Below the pieces are notes generated by a model, which saw only the letters and a list, made by a program, of their open reading frames with translations, searched no databases and was not told the origin of the DNA. A stretch of DNA of 64,000 bases from an uncultured Gammaproteobacteria bacterium. GTDB lineage: Bacteria > Pseudomonadota > Gammaproteobacteria > DRLM01. A program made the position numbers and the translations under genes. The stretch covers positions 256,001-320,000 of the forward strand of contig CAVSNY010000003.1 of the NCBI GenBank assembly GCA_963729605.1. The letters run 5' to 3'. Shown here piece by piece: positions 19,538 through 30,043 of this stretch; positions within the stretch are counted from its first letter, which is position 1; the number at the start of each line of letters is the position of its first letter.

Positions 19538-20575
19538 TCATTCGACGAGCCTCCACGCCACCGTGCCTCCGGCGCGCAGCGGCACCAGGGCATCCCCGCC
19601 GAGGTCGATCTCCGGCGGGACCCGCCAGGCCTGCTTCACCAGCGTGACGGTGTCGCGGTTGCGCGGCAGGCCGTAGAAATCCGGCCCGTGAAAACTGGCG
19701 AACGCCTCCAGTTTGTCGAGCGCGCTCGCCTGCTCGAACACCTCGGCATAGAGTTCGATGCCCGCGTGCGCGGTGTAGAGGCCGGCACAGCCGCAGGCCG
19801 ACTCCTTGGCGCGCCGCGCGTGCGGGGCGCTGTCGGTGCCGAGGAAGAATTTGGGGTTGCCGCCGGTCGCGGCGGCGACGAGCGCCCGGCGGTGCGCCTC
19901 GCGCTTCAACACCGGCAGGCAGTAGGCGTGCGGGCGAATACCGCCGATGAACATGGCGTTGCGGTTGAGCAGCAGATGGTGCGCGGTGATGGTGGCGGCT
20001 ACGTTCGGGCCGGTGCGCTCGACGAACTCCACCGCCTCGCGCGTGGTGATGTGTTCCAGCACCACCTTGAGGCGCGGGAAACGCTCAACGATGGGAATCA
20101 GATGCCGTTCGATGAACACCCGCTCGCGGTCGAAGACGTCCACGTCCGCATCGGTCACCTCGCCGTGCAGGAGCAGCGGCAGGCCCACTTCCTCCATGAC
20201 GGCGAACACCGCCTCGCAGCGCGCGAAGTCGCTGACGCCGAATGCGGAATTCGTCGTTGCGCCCGCGAGAAAGGCCTCGCCCACGCCGTATACGATGCCA
20301 CTGGCTTTGGCGCGCACGATCTCTTCGGGCGAAGTATGGTCGGTGAGATACAGCGTCATCAGCGGTTCGAAGCACATCTCCGCCGGCAGCGCCGCCAGGA
20401 TGCGGTCGCGGTAGGCGCGCGCCTCGTCCACCGTGCGCACCGGCGGATCGAGGTTGGGCATGACCATGGCGCGGGCGAAGCGCCGCGCCGTGTCGGGGAG
20501 CACGGCGGCGAGCATTTCGCCATCGCGCAAGTGCAGGTGCCAGTCGTCGGGGCGGGTGAGAGTCAGGGGTGTCAT
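19538..20575 (-). CDS. pyrC: Dihydroorotase, type II; region of the catalytic Lys is aberrant
   Basis: [39 protein letters not shown] and FLGTDSAPH motifs. Confidence 0.88.
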   Translation of the reverse strand: MTPLTLTRPDDWHLHLRDGEMLAAVLPDTARRFARAMVMPNLDPPVRTVDEARAYRDRILAALPAEMCFEPLMTLYLTDHTSPEEIVRAKASGIVYGVGEAFLAGATTNSAFGVSDFARCEAVFAVMEEVGLPLLLHGEVTDADVDVFDRERVFIERHLIPIVERFPRLKVVLEHITTREAVEFVERTGPNVAATITAHHLLLNRNAMFIGGIRPHAYCLPVLKREAHRRALVAAATGGNPKFFLGTDSAPHARRAKESACGCAGLYTAHAGIELYAEVFEQASALDKLEAFASFHGPDFYGLPRNRDTVTLVKQAWRVPPEIDLGGDALVPLRAGGTVAWRLVE

Positions 20576-20577
20576 GG

Positions 20578-21444
20578 TCAGGGGTTGCAATAGTCGCAGC
20601 GCCCGGGGTCGGCGTAGCGAGACTCGTTGCGCTCGCGGGTTTCGCGGTGCGCGCACTTGAGACAGCCGTGGATCTCGGCCCGAGTCTCGCGGGTGGGCGC
20701 GCCGCAGTCGGCGCAGGGCAGGCCGGCCACGTGCTCGACGAGCCAGAAGCCCGGCGCGCCGCAGGCCGGACACGGTGACAGCAGTTTCTTCACCAGATCC
20801 TCGGCCGCGAGGCGGATGTTCTCCATGCGCGTGGGATTGGCGTGCGCCCGCAGGTCGGTCTCCAGGAACACCAGGCGGTCCGCCGATTGGGTTTGCGCCC
20901 AGGCGAAGGCGGCTTCCAGGTCTGCCCAGGCGGCGATGCCCTTCTTGATGCGAGGGTCGTTCTCGCCCTCAGGACGCACGACCAGGTGATGCGCGGGAAA
21001 CTCCGTCTGCCGGGCGAAGGCCTCGGCCGCCGCCCACTCCCCGGTCAGCAGGTGCGCGTGGTTCGCCTTGCCCTGCGCGAGGCCCACGATCTCCAGTCCC
21101 TGTTCGTCGTCAATGAAGATCAGGAACTCCACGTTCCAGGGAAACATCCCCACCATCGGGTCCGGGCCGAACGAGCCTTCGCTGGCGAGCCCGATCGGCA
21201 GACCGGCGAGCTCCATGCCGATGCGCGCCTTCCTGCGCGCCGCTTCGAGCTGCGTGCCCGCGCGCGGGATTTCGCGGGTGAAGGTGCCGAGCTGGTCGGT
21301 GTCGTAACCGTCCACGCGCTCGACCCGGCAGCCCAGCGCGGGATCGAGCGCCGAGGCGATCGCGCCTTCCTTGCCGTGCTGGGTGAGCAGCGCGATGCGC
21401 CGGCCGGCGTACGGGGAAGCGGGATATTTCGTCCTCGCGCTCAT
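20578..21444 (-). CDS. DUF6671-like protein with a Cys-rich C-terminus
   Basis: [41 protein letters not shown] and four CxxC pairs. Confidence 0.7.
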   Translation of the reverse strand: MSARTKYPASPYAGRRIALLTQHGKEGAIASALDPALGCRVERVDGYDTDQLGTFTREIPRAGTQLEAARRKARIGMELAGLPIGLASEGSFGPDPMVGMFPWNVEFLIFIDDEQGLEIVGLAQGKANHAHLLTGEWAAAEAFARQTEFPAHHLVVRPEGENDPRIKKGIAAWADLEAAFAWAQTQSADRLVFLETDLRAHANPTRMENIRLAAEDLVKKLLSPCPACGAPGFWLVEHVAGLPCADCGAPTRETRAEIHGCLKCAHRETRERNESRYADPGRCDYCNP

Positions 21445-21556
21445 CCAGCCCCCCGCCCGTCATGCGGCGCGAAACCCGCCGCGGCCGGGGCGACCGTGGC
21501 CCCCCGATGGCGCGCCCAGGCAAGCGCGCGGCGGTCGATGGCGGAGAAGCTGCGCA

Positions 21557-22516
21557 TCAGCGGCCCCGCACCAGATTCATCACCTGCCCCATGTCCAGGC
21601 TACGCGCCTGCTGCTCGATCTGCGGCAGGTATTGCGCCTGCATCTGCCTGGCCGGACCGAGCAGGTTCTGAAAGGACTCGCGCAAGAGCGCCGTGCTCAT
21701 CACCCGCCCACCGGCGTAATGGCGCTTGGCCACCTGGCCCAGGGCATAGGTCGTGGCGAAGGAAAAGGCCATGCCGGTCGCCGCACTGCCGACCTTGCCG
21801 ACAGTCCTGCCCGCTGCCTTGCCGAGCAGGCCACCCAGGAGTTTGCGGCCGAACTGTTCCAGATATTGCGAAGTCATGCCGACGCCGGCGGCAGCGAGGA
21901 ACTCCTTGATGTGGCCCTGGTCGAGGGCATAGCCGTGGGCCTTGCCGATTCCGTGCACCAGCTTGATCTGCAGGGGAATGATGGCCATCGACGCCCAGGA
22001 TTGCGGCAGCAGTTCCAGGGCGCCGGCGATCAGCGCGTGGTGGTGGATGGACTTGTCCAGATCGGCGTCCGCGACGTTCGGCTGCGCCGCGACGACGGCG
22101 CCCACCGCCCCGGCAGCGCTGGGTGTCGCCGCTTCCGAAAGCCCGACCACGGCGTTGGCTTCGCTCTCGATGCGCTGCGTACTGCCCGCGTCGAGTCCGA
22201 GCCGGCCCTTCAGTCCGGCGAGGAAGGCTCGTTCCGTATCGCTCTCCCGGCCATCGGCGTTGCACACGCACACCGCCATTTCATAGGCCAGCTGGCGCAG
22301 TTCGGGACTGTCGAGGGCGTCGATCGCCTGATCCAGAGTGGCGCGTTTCAGCAGCACGTCCTGGTACAGGCGGGCTAGGTTGGGGGCGCCGGCCTCGCCG
22401 GCGAGGGAATCGGCGATGTCACGAATGGCCTCGCGCTCGCGGTCGTGCTTGGCGCCGTCGGCAAAGGCGGCATGGAGGGCGACGGCGAGAACGGCTTGCT
22501 GCGACGTGGTGTGCAT
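21557..22516 (-). CDS. TerB-like N-terminus plus DUF697/YcjF-like membrane domain protein
   Basis: AAFADG..ERE and YEMAVCVCNADG..ERAFL repeats, then a hydrophobic GxxxG-rich region. Confidence 0.6.
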   Translation of the reverse strand: MHTTSQQAVLAVALHAAFADGAKHDREREAIRDIADSLAGEAGAPNLARLYQDVLLKRATLDQAIDALDSPELRQLAYEMAVCVCNADGRESDTERAFLAGLKGRLGLDAGSTQRIESEANAVVGLSEAATPSAAGAVGAVVAAQPNVADADLDKSIHHHALIAGALELLPQSWASMAIIPLQIKLVHGIGKAHGYALDQGHIKEFLAAAGVGMTSQYLEQFGRKLLGGLLGKAAGRTVGKVGSAATGMAFSFATTYALGQVAKRHYAGGRVMSTALLRESFQNLLGPARQMQAQYLPQIEQQARSLDMGQVMNLVRGR

Positions 22517-22543
22517 GTGGTGTCTTCGAGGTGGATGAAAGGT

Positions 22544-22945
22544 TCAGCGGGCGAGTGGGGTCGCAAGGTGCGACCATACGTCCAGCAGATTCGCTGCGAG
22601 CACGATCCACCAGGCCAGGATGGCGACGCCGGTGGCGGCGGCCGCAATGTCCTTGATGATGCGGATCTTCTCGTCGTGGCGCGTCTCGACGAAGTCGCAC
22701 AACGCCTCGATCGCGGTATTGAAGAGCTCTGCCGCCAGCACCACGCCGGTGGCCAGCAGGATGATGGCGGCATCCACCCAGGCGTGCAGCCAGAGCGCCA
22801 GACCCAGCACCAGCAGGGACAACACGGCCTTGTACAGCACGCTGAAGTCATTCAGCACCGCGTAGCGCAGGCCGGCGCTGATCACGGCCAGCTTGCGCAG
22901 CGGGTGATAGCCGGGCTCGCCGGTGCCGAGGAACTTGTTTCTCAT
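22544..22945 (-). CDS. Diacylglycerol kinase family (DgkA-like)
   Basis: ELFNTAIEALCD..KIRIIKDIAAAA motif; three TM segments. Confidence 0.8.
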   Translation of the reverse strand: MRNKFLGTGEPGYHPLRKLAVISAGLRYAVLNDFSVLYKAVLSLLVLGLALWLHAWVDAAIILLATGVVLAAELFNTAIEALCDFVETRHDEKIRIIKDIAAAATGVAILAWWIVLAANLLDVWSHLATPLAR

Positions 22946-22951
22946 GTCGCT

Positions 22952-24043
22952 TCAGCTCCCCTCGCGCGGCAGGGCCACGCGCTGGCGCAGCCACAGCACG
23001 GCCAGCGTCACGACGGTGATCGGCAGCACGAAACCGAGCACCGCGGCGGAGAACTGCGGCAATGCCGCGTGCTGGGTCGCAGCCAGGATCAGGAAGGTCA
23101 CATACGCCGCATAGTAGGCGACGAACAGCGCGCCTTCCCAGCGCGCAATCAGGTGGCCGGTGGCGAAAATCGGCAGGCAGGCGAAGGCCACCGCGATCAT
23201 CACCAGCAGGTCGAAGCGCACCAGCGCCGGCGCGATCTCGAGACCGCCAGGCGTGACCAGCGCTGCGATGCCGCCGATGCCAAGGAGGTTGAACAGATTG
23301 CTGCCGATCACGTTGCCCACCGCGATGTCACGCTCGCCGCGCAGCGCGGCCACGATCGAGGTGGCGACCTCGGGCAGGCTGGTGCCGACGGCGACAATGG
23401 TCAGGCCGATCACCACCTCGCTCACGCCCAGCACGCGCGCGATGGCCACCGCGCTGTCGACCAGCCAGGTGGCGCCCAGCACGAGCAGCGCCAGTCCGCC
23501 GGCGATCAGCGCCAACTGCACCGGCAGGCGACCAAGCCAGCCGTTGGCGGCGCCGAATTCCTGCGCGTACTCGGCCTGGATCTCCGGACTCTCCCGGCGC
23601 CCCTGACGGATGGCGAAGACCGTATAGCCCACGATGCCGGCGACCAGCAGCAGGCCGTCGAAGCGGCCGATGCGACCGTCCAGCGCCATGATCCAGAACA
23701 GCACTGACACGCCGACCATCAGCGGCACGTCGAGCCGCACGAGCTGCTGCGACACCGCCAGCGGCAGGATCAGCGCCGCTGCGCCGAGTATGAACAGCAC
23801 GTTGAAGATATTGCTGCCAACGATGTTGCCGGCGGCGATGTCGGCCTGGCCCGCCAGCCCGGCCTGCACGCTGACCGCCAGTTCCGGCGAACTGGTGCCG
23901 AATGCGACCACGGTCAGGCCCACGACCAGCGGCGTGATGCCGAAGCGCAGCGCCAGCCGCGAGGCGCCGCGCACGAGCAGTTCGGCGCCGGCGATCAGCA
24001 GCGCCATGCCAAGGGCGAGATAGACCAGGTCACTGATACTCAT
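22952..24043 (-). CDS. Calcium/sodium antiporter (YrbG/CaCA family)
   Basis: Two alpha repeats, GTSSPE..GNIVGSN and GTSLPE..GNVIGSN. Confidence 0.92.
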   Translation of the reverse strand: MSISDLVYLALGMALLIAGAELLVRGASRLALRFGITPLVVGLTVVAFGTSSPELAVSVQAGLAGQADIAAGNIVGSNIFNVLFILGAAALILPLAVSQQLVRLDVPLMVGVSVLFWIMALDGRIGRFDGLLLVAGIVGYTVFAIRQGRRESPEIQAEYAQEFGAANGWLGRLPVQLALIAGGLALLVLGATWLVDSAVAIARVLGVSEVVIGLTIVAVGTSLPEVATSIVAALRGERDIAVGNVIGSNLFNLLGIGGIAALVTPGGLEIAPALVRFDLLVMIAVAFACLPIFATGHLIARWEGALFVAYYAAYVTFLILAATQHAALPQFSAAVLGFVLPITVVTLAVLWLRQRVALPREGS

Positions 24044-24065
24044 TGTCGGCTCCGGATGCGGCGTG

Positions 24066-24450
24066 CTACGGCCAGCGGTTGCGAAAGAATTGGTGGTTGA
24101 ACGCCGTGCCGTGTTCGCTGCAGGCGTTGAAGAGGTCGAAGAACTGGAACAGCACGAAGGCGGTGAAGGCCAGCGTCAGGGCGCAGGCCTCGCCCTGCGG
24201 TTGGGCGTACCCAGAACAGCGCCAGCGTGCCCACGGCCATGGTGAAGCCATTGCCCGGCGCGCCGCAGGCCGGCCACAGAGACCAGAGTCTGGCGAGCAG
24301 ACTCATCTGCAGCAGAGGCGCGATGACCTGCGCTTTCCCGTGCTGGGTCAGCAAGGCCACGGATTGGCCGTCATACGGGTCAGCATCGCGTTGTCCCGAC
24401 GCACTCGTCGGAACAGCCGTTAGAGGCGTGCCGGCAGCCGGTCTGGCGAC
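24066..24450 (-). pseudogene. Fused remnants: an internally deleted DUF6671-like gene and a C-terminal fragment of a cation P-type ATPase
   Basis: [29 protein letters not shown] matches both ends of 20578-21444; TLAFTAFVLFQFFDLFNACSE..FFRNRW resembles the P-type ATPase C-terminal TM region. Confidence 0.6.
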
Positions 24451-24452
24451 GT

Positions 24453-25475
24453 TCACGGCTCTCGCTTCTCCGTCGTCGTCGGCTGCTTTGGCGGGAACGG
24501 ATAGGCGCTGCCGCCCTTGCCGCGCGGCGGAAGGTAGAGCGACAGCAGCATCGTGATCGCCAGGATGCTGACCGTGACCGACAGCGACCAGACCACCGGG
24601 ATCTTGTATAGATCCACGATCAGCATCTTCACGCCGATGAACACCAGCACCAGCGCCAGGCCGTAGCTCAGCAGATGGAAGCGCTCGTGCGCGCCGGCCA
24701 GCAGGAAATACATCGCCCGCAGGCCGAGAATGGCGAACACGTTCGAGGTCAGCACGATGAACGGATCGGTGGTGATGGCGAAGATTGCCGGGATCGAGTC
24801 CACCGCGAACACCACGTCGACGATGCCAATCAGCACGATCACGATCGCCAGTGGCGTGGCCATGCGCACGCCGTTCACTACCGTGAAGAACTTTTCGCCA
24901 TCGTAGGCCGGTGCGATGCGCACCTTGCTGCGCAGAAATTTCAGCGCCGGGTTGGCCTCCAGGTCCGGCTCCTTGCCGGCAGCCCACCACATCTTGATCC
25001 CGGTGAACAGCAGGAAGACGCCGAACAGATAGAGAATCCAGTGGAACTGCGCGATTAGCCAGGCGCCGATCAGGATCATCACCGCGCGCAGCACCAGCGC
25101 GCCGAGGATGCCGATCATCAGCACGCGCTTCTGGAACTCGGCCGGCACCGCAAAGTAGGTGAACAGCATCAGGAACACGAAGATGTTGTCCACCGCCAGC
25201 GCCTTTTCGATCAGGTAGCCGGTGATGAACTCCACTGACTTGGTGTTGGCCAGATCGCGCGCGACGGGGTCGTCACCGAGGCCGCCCAGATACCACCACA
25301 GCCAGCCGACGAAGACGAAGGACACCGCCACCCAGATCAGCGACCACACGGCCGCTTCGCGCATCGAAACCCGGTGCGCGCCCTGGCGGTTGAGGGCGTA
25401 GAAATCCAGGACCAGAGCGACCAGCACGAACAACGTGAACAGCGTCCACATCAAAGGGGTGCCAATGGTCATCAT
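24453..25475 (-). CDS. TerC/Alx family membrane protein
   Basis: [32 protein letters not shown] and [13 protein letters not shown] motifs. Confidence 0.92.
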   Translation of the reverse strand: MMTIGTPLMWTLFTLFVLVALVLDFYALNRQGAHRVSMREAAVWSLIWVAVSFVFVGWLWWYLGGLGDDPVARDLANTKSVEFITGYLIEKALAVDNIFVFLMLFTYFAVPAEFQKRVLMIGILGALVLRAVMILIGAWLIAQFHWILYLFGVFLLFTGIKMWWAAGKEPDLEANPALKFLRSKVRIAPAYDGEKFFTVVNGVRMATPLAIVIVLIGIVDVVFAVDSIPAIFAITTDPFIVLTSNVFAILGLRAMYFLLAGAHERFHLLSYGLALVLVFIGVKMLIVDLYKIPVVWSLSVTVSILAITMLLSLYLPPRGKGGSAYPFPPKQPTTTEKREP

Positions 25476-26380
25476 TTCTTGTTTTTCCGGAGGAACTCGG
25501 GCGTCGGTCCTGTTGCCTGAAGTGCAGCGATGCGCTCAGCCAGCGGCGGGTGGGTCATGAACAGGCGCTTGAGCCCGCCAGCGCCGCCGCCGGCGATGCC
25601 GAAGGCCGCCAGCTTGTCGGGCAGCGGCTGCGGATGCAGGCTGTTCAAACGCTCCAGCGCCGCGATCATGTTGTCGCGGCCCGCCAGGTTTGCGCCGCCC
25701 TGGTCGGCGCGGAACTCGCGCTGGCGCGAGAACCACATGACGATGATGGCGGCCAGGACGCCCAATACCAGGTCGGCGACGATGACGGTCACCCAGAATG
25801 CCGGACCGTGGCCGTTCTCGGTCCTGAAAATCACCCGGTCGACTGTGTGACCGATCACCCGCGACAGGAACAGGACGAAGGTGTTGACCACGCCCTGGAT
25901 CAGCGCCAGCGTCACCATGTCGCCGTTGGCGGCGTGCGCGATTTCATGGCCGAGCACCGCTTCCGCCTCCTCGCGCGTCATCTGCTGCACCAGGCCGGTG
26001 GAGACGGCGATCAGGGCCTTGTTCCGGCTCATCCCGGTGGCGAAGGCGTTGGCGTCGGGCGCCTCGTAAATGCCGACCTCGGGCATGCCGATGCCCGCCT
26101 GGCGCGCGTACTTGCGGACCGTATCCACCAACCAGGCCTCGATCGCGTTCGACGGCACCTCGATCACCCGCACGCCCATCGTCTTCCTGGCCATCCACTT
26201 GGAAACGGCCAGCGAGATGAGCGAACCGCCGAAGCCCATCACCGCGGCGAACACCAGCAGCGCGCCCAGGTTCAGCCCTTGTTCGTTCAGCCAGGGCTCC
26301 ACACCCAGCACGCGCATGCTGACCGAGAGCACCAGCAGGATGGCCAAGTTGGTGGCGAGAAACAGGACGATACGTTTCAT
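25472..26380 (-). CDS. htpX: Membrane zinc protease HtpX
   Basis: [38 protein letters not shown] and THPPL motifs. Confidence 0.95.
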   Translation of the reverse strand: MKRIVLFLATNLAILLVLSVSMRVLGVEPWLNEQGLNLGALLVFAAVMGFGGSLISLAVSKWMARKTMGVRVIEVPSNAIEAWLVDTVRKYARQAGIGMPEVGIYEAPDANAFATGMSRNKALIAVSTGLVQQMTREEAEAVLGHEIAHAANGDMVTLALIQGVVNTFVLFLSRVIGHTVDRVIFRTENGHGPAFWVTVIVADLVLGVLAAIIVMWFSRQREFRADQGGANLAGRDNMIAALERLNSLHPQPLPDKLAAFGIAGGGAGGLKRLFMTHPPLAERIAALQATGPTPEFLRKNKK

Positions 26381-26396
26381 GCTCGGTTCCCTGGGA

Positions 26397-27068
26397 TCAT
26401 TGCCGCGACTGTTGCAGACGGACTTCGATCGCGCCGCCGGGGCGGCGCGTCAGCGCCAGGTCGAAGGACTCACCGTCGCGCTGGAACTGGTGCCGTTCCG
26501 CATCGGGTGTGGCGGAGATCACCTCCCGCACGTAGCCGGCGCCGGCAAAACCCCGCACGTAGTGCGTGAGCACCGCGTCGAAATCGGCGCGTCCCGCGTA
26601 GTGCACGTCGATCGTTCCGCCATCGCTCGCGTAATGGCTGCGCACCAGGCCGGGATAACGCGGGACCGGTCCGGGGTCGGCGCCGCTGACGTCGCGCGCT
26701 GGCGGCTCGTCACCGAGCCCTGGCACCCAGCGGTCGACCTGTTCCTTGACGCCCGGCAGCCAACGCTCGGCCTGCGCCTTCAGATCCGGCGCCACCTGCT
26801 CGATCCTCGTTGCGCCCTCGGTGACCGCGCGCTTGCCCATTTCCGTCGCGGCCGGCGCCTGCGCCCACATCCAGGACAGCAATGCGATACCGGCCCAGAC
26901 GATCAGGCCGATGATGAGCAAGACGATGCCGCCCAGTATCAGCCAGGTGCGCATACGAATGGTTCGCAGGCTCGAAACGGCCTGCGTCAACAACCCAGGA
27001 ATGTTCATTCTGTCCATTTCTCCCCCGTTGACGGACGTTTGCCGCACGTTCCGGCCCACAGCCACCAC
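26397..27068 (-). CDS. Hypothetical membrane-anchored protein (start uncertain)
   Basis: One TM helix, then [19 protein letters not shown]; co-oriented within the operon. Confidence 0.6.
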   Translation of the reverse strand: MVAVGRNVRQTSVNGGEMDRMNIPGLLTQAVSSLRTIRMRTWLILGGIVLLIIGLIVWAGIALLSWMWAQAPAATEMGKRAVTEGATRIEQVAPDLKAQAERWLPGVKEQVDRWVPGLGDEPPARDVSGADPGPVPRYPGLVRSHYASDGGTIDVHYAGRADFDAVLTHYVRGFAGAGYVREVISATPDAERHQFQRDGESFDLALTRRPGGAIEVRLQQSRQ

Positions 27069-27117
27069 TCCTTCAAGGAGCGTGCAGCGGGCATCGCGGC
27101 GCCTGTCGTTATCTGCA

Positions 27118-27420
27118 TCAGAACTTCTCCGGCCTCAGTGCCGACACGTCGTTGACGAACAGCACCATGCCGTAATCGTCGTAGTAGCGCGCCCACAGAT
27201 GCCTTGCGATGGCGTCGGCGATCTCGGCGTCGCACAGGATTTCGATGCGGATGTTGCTGCTTTCGTCCCAGGCGGCGTCGCGCGGCCCACGGCGGCCTTT
27301 GCCACGGGCGTCGGTGATGGTGAAGCCGCACGCCCCCAAGCGCTCGATCTCCTCAACCAATATCCTTTCCAGGGCCGATTCGGTAATGATGGTGAGCAGT
27401 TTGCGTGTTGAGCTGTTCAT
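27118..27420 (-). CDS. P-II-like regulator (SbtB-like)
   Basis: KLLTIITE, GFTITDARGKG, NIRIEILC and V.ALRPEKF; directly downstream of the SbtA-like gene. Confidence 0.85.
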   Translation of the reverse strand: MNSSTRKLLTIITESALERILVEEIERLGACGFTITDARGKGRRGPRDAAWDESSNIRIEILCDAEIADAIARHLWARYYDDYGMVLFVNDVSALRPEKF

Positions 27421-28376
27421 GAGCCGAGACCTCCGGTCAGCGCAAATGCCTGCGTCGCCATGGCGTGATAGAGCGGAATGCCGACCAGGACGTTGAACGG
27501 GAAAGTGACGCCCAATGAGGCGGCCAGCGACAGCGTCGGGTTCGCTTCCGGCACCGAGATGCGCATGGCCGCAGGCACGGCGATGTAGGAGGCGCTCGCG
27601 GCCAGGATGCCCAGCATTGCCGTGCCACCCAGCGACAGCCCGAGCCCCATTCCCAGCGCGATACCCACCACAGAGGAGACGAGCGGCATGCCGACACCGA
27701 ACAACACGAGAAATGGACCGTGCTGCCGCAGGCTGCCGAACTGGGCGGCCGTGATCAGCCCCATCTCCAGCAGGAATAGGGCGAGGATGCCTTTGAACAG
27801 GTCAAAGAAGAGGGGCTTGATGGACGTCAGTCCCTCCGGGCCTGCCGCCCAACCGATCAGCAACCCGCCGACGAGCAGCACGATACCCTTGCCCAAAAAG
27901 ACCTCATGGGCCACGGCACGCAGGCGCGTTTCGCGCGAGAAGCCGCGGGCGAGCAGGATGCCCACCAGGATGGCCGGAATCTCCAGCACTGCGAGCAGGA
28001 ACGGCATGTGCGCTTCGAACTCGATCTGCCGGCTGGCGAACCAGGCGACTGCGACGGCATAGGTGGCGACGCTCACCGAACCGTAGTGGGCGGCGATGGA
28101 GGCCGCATCCGCGCGCGGCACGCGACCGGCAAAACGCAACACCGGGAATGCTAGCAGCGGCAACAGCGCGCCCATCGCAATGACGGCGAGCGCCTGCGGC
28201 ACCAGTTCGCCGAAGGGCTGGCGGGCGAGTTCGATGCCACCCTTGAGACCGATGGCAAGCAGCAGCAGCATGCTCACCAGGTCATACACGGCTGCGGGCA
28301 GGCGCAGCTCCGACCGCAGCAGGCCGGCGGCCAACCCGAGCAGGAAGAACAGCAGAACGGGATCGAGCATGCTCAA
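27417..28376 (-). CDS. Sodium-dependent bicarbonate transporter family permease (SbtA-like)
   Basis: LLAIGLKGG, AAHYGSVS, FLLEMG, ASASYIAVPAAMR and LGVTFPFN motifs. Confidence 0.9.
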   Translation of the reverse strand: MSMLDPVLLFFLLGLAAGLLRSELRLPAAVYDLVSMLLLLAIGLKGGIELARQPFGELVPQALAVIAMGALLPLLAFPVLRFAGRVPRADAASIAAHYGSVSVATYAVAVAWFASRQIEFEAHMPFLLAVLEIPAILVGILLARGFSRETRLRAVAHEVFLGKGIVLLVGGLLIGWAAGPEGLTSIKPLFFDLFKGILALFLLEMGLITAAQFGSLRQHGPFLVLFGVGMPLVSSVVGIALGMGLGLSLGGTAMLGILAASASYIAVPAAMRISVPEANPTLSLAASLGVTFPFNVLVGIPLYHAMATQAFALTGGLGS

Positions 28377-28909
28377 GATGGCGTTCCTCCAACGTGCGGT
28401 TGCGCCGGCGGCAGGAGCAAGCCGCCGTTGCCGTCCAGGTAAAGCGGAGACAGCACCAGCCCGGGATAGCGCGCCTCGAGTGCGCGCAACTCGTCATTTG
28501 CGCAGCGCTCGGACGTGTCGTCTCTGAAGACAGGGATGAAGCGGGCCGCAAGCGTGGCGGTCTCCGTCTCTTCATACCCGAAGCACTCCAGCAGCGCCGC
28601 CACCAGATCGACGCGGGGGACGGTGCGGGCCGCCGCTTCCAGCCAGCACAGCATCCAGATCCCATTGATCCCCGTTGTCTCGAGGATGCGCACGGTTCGC
28701 CGCGCGCCACCCGCGTCCGGCAGAACCAACGCGGATGGCAGGTTCGCCACCCCCTCGTCATCGATCCAGATGCCCTGGATGACTTCCGGCGCGCTGCCGG
28801 GCGACCGACGGTGAAGAATCGACAGGTACGCGGCCAGTTCTTTGCCGGCGCGCTCCAGATCCGCAAAGCGGCGAACCAGCAAGAAGACGCCTCTGGGTTC
28901 GCTGGGCAT
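28373..28909 (-). CDS. Hypothetical protein, first gene of the operon divergent from nhaR
   Basis: AGGAG RBS before MPSEPRG; stop overlaps the SbtA-like start. Confidence 0.55.
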   Translation of the reverse strand: MPSEPRGVFLLVRRFADLERAGKELAAYLSILHRRSPGSAPEVIQGIWIDDEGVANLPSALVLPDAGGARRTVRILETTGINGIWMLCWLEAAARTVPRVDLVAALLECFGYEETETATLAARFIPVFRDDTSERCANDELRALEARYPGLVLSPLYLDGNGGLLLPPAQPHVGGTPS

Positions 28910-29101
28910 GCCTTCATCTCCTGTGACGACTATGTATTGGGATCGACTCAAGGCCGGGCCAAACCCTGGCTGACCGAGCTTCCAGTGCGTTCGCTCAGTC
29001 CCGCCCATTGGGTGCGGTCACAATTATCAATTTTTTACAAAGACAATAAAAGTCGTTTATTCTTACATAACTACGCGGAAAAAATTGCTGATAGGGGCCG
29101 G

Positions 29102-30043
29102 ATGAATCTCAAGCACCTGCGCTACTTCTGGGTGACCGCACATGCCGGGAGCGTTGCTGCGGCGGGCAACCAGCTTCATCTGACGCCGCAAACCGTCGGC
29201 GCCCAGATCAAGCTGCTCGAGAACGAGCTCGGGACAGCCTTGTTCAAACCCGCTGGGCGCGGCCTCGAATTGACCGAAGCGGGGCGCGTCGCTCTTTCCT
29301 ACGCCGACGAGATCTTTGCGCTCGGTCAGGAGATGGTTTCGTCGCTGCGAGCCACCGGTATCCCGGAACACGCGGCAGCGGCGTTTCGTGTAGGAGTTTC
29401 CGACGCAGTCCCCAAATCGCTGACCCACCGTTTGCTGGCTTCGCTGAGGCGGCCGACGAAGCCGGTCCGGCTGGTCTGCCGCGAAGGCTCGATCGAGGCC
29501 TTGCTCGGCGAATTGGCCCTGCACCGGCTGGAGATGGTGTTGGCCGATCGTCCCATGCCGGCCGGATTGGCCGTCCGCGCACACAGCCGCAAGCTGGGCG
29601 AATGCGCTCTTGCCTTCTTCGCTCCTCCACGGCTCGTGCGGCAGGATACGGTCTTCCCGGCCTGCCTGAACGGAGCCCCGCTGCTGTTACCCGGACAGAA
29701 CGCGGCGGTACGGGGCGAAATCGACCGCTGGCTGGGCGAGGTGCGCCTGTCCCCACGAGTCGTCGGTGAATTCGACGACAGCGCCCTGATGAAAGTTTTT
29801 GCTCAGGCGGGTGAGGGCTATTTCCCTGCGCCAGCCATCATCTCGGATGAGATCTGCGCGCGCTATGGCGTCAGCGAGGTGGGGCGGGTGGATGAAATAC
29901 GCGAAGCGTTCTGGTTGATCAGCACCGAGCGGCGCATTCAGCACCCGGAGGTTCGCGCCGTGCTCGAGGCCGCCCGTGGGGCCGTCTTCAGCACGGCTGC
30001 CGGCGGCGAAGCAGTGCGGCAACAAACGTGTCTCGATCGATGA
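29102..30043 (+). CDS. nhaR: LysR-family Na+-responsive activator NhaR
   Basis: MNLKHLRYFW..GSV..LHLTPQTV, VGVSDAVPKS, GEFDDSALMKVF and ERRIQHP motifs. Confidence 0.85.
   Translation: MNLKHLRYFWVTAHAGSVAAAGNQLHLTPQTVGAQIKLLENELGTALFKPAGRGLELTEAGRVALSYADEIFALGQEMVSSLRATGIPEHAAAAFRVGVSDAVPKSLTHRLLASLRRPTKPVRLVCREGSIEALLGELALHRLEMVLADRPMPAGLAVRAHSRKLGECALAFFAPPRLVRQDTVFPACLNGAPLLLPGQNAAVRGEIDRWLGEVRLSPRVVGEFDDSALMKVFAQAGEGYFPAPAIISDEICARYGVSEVGRVDEIREAFWLISTERRIQHPEVRAVLEAARGAVFSTAAGGEAVRQQTCLDR

Noticed and set aside
28910-29100. yybP-ykoY or Na+/Li+ riboswitch upstream of the TerC-containing operon
   Set aside because: I could not recognise the consensus elements by eye; an Rfam scan would be needed
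28394-29101. N-terminal 236-aa extension of the NhaR ORF
   Set aside because: LysR similarity begins at Met 29102; the extension overlaps a minus-strand gene and the divergent promoter region
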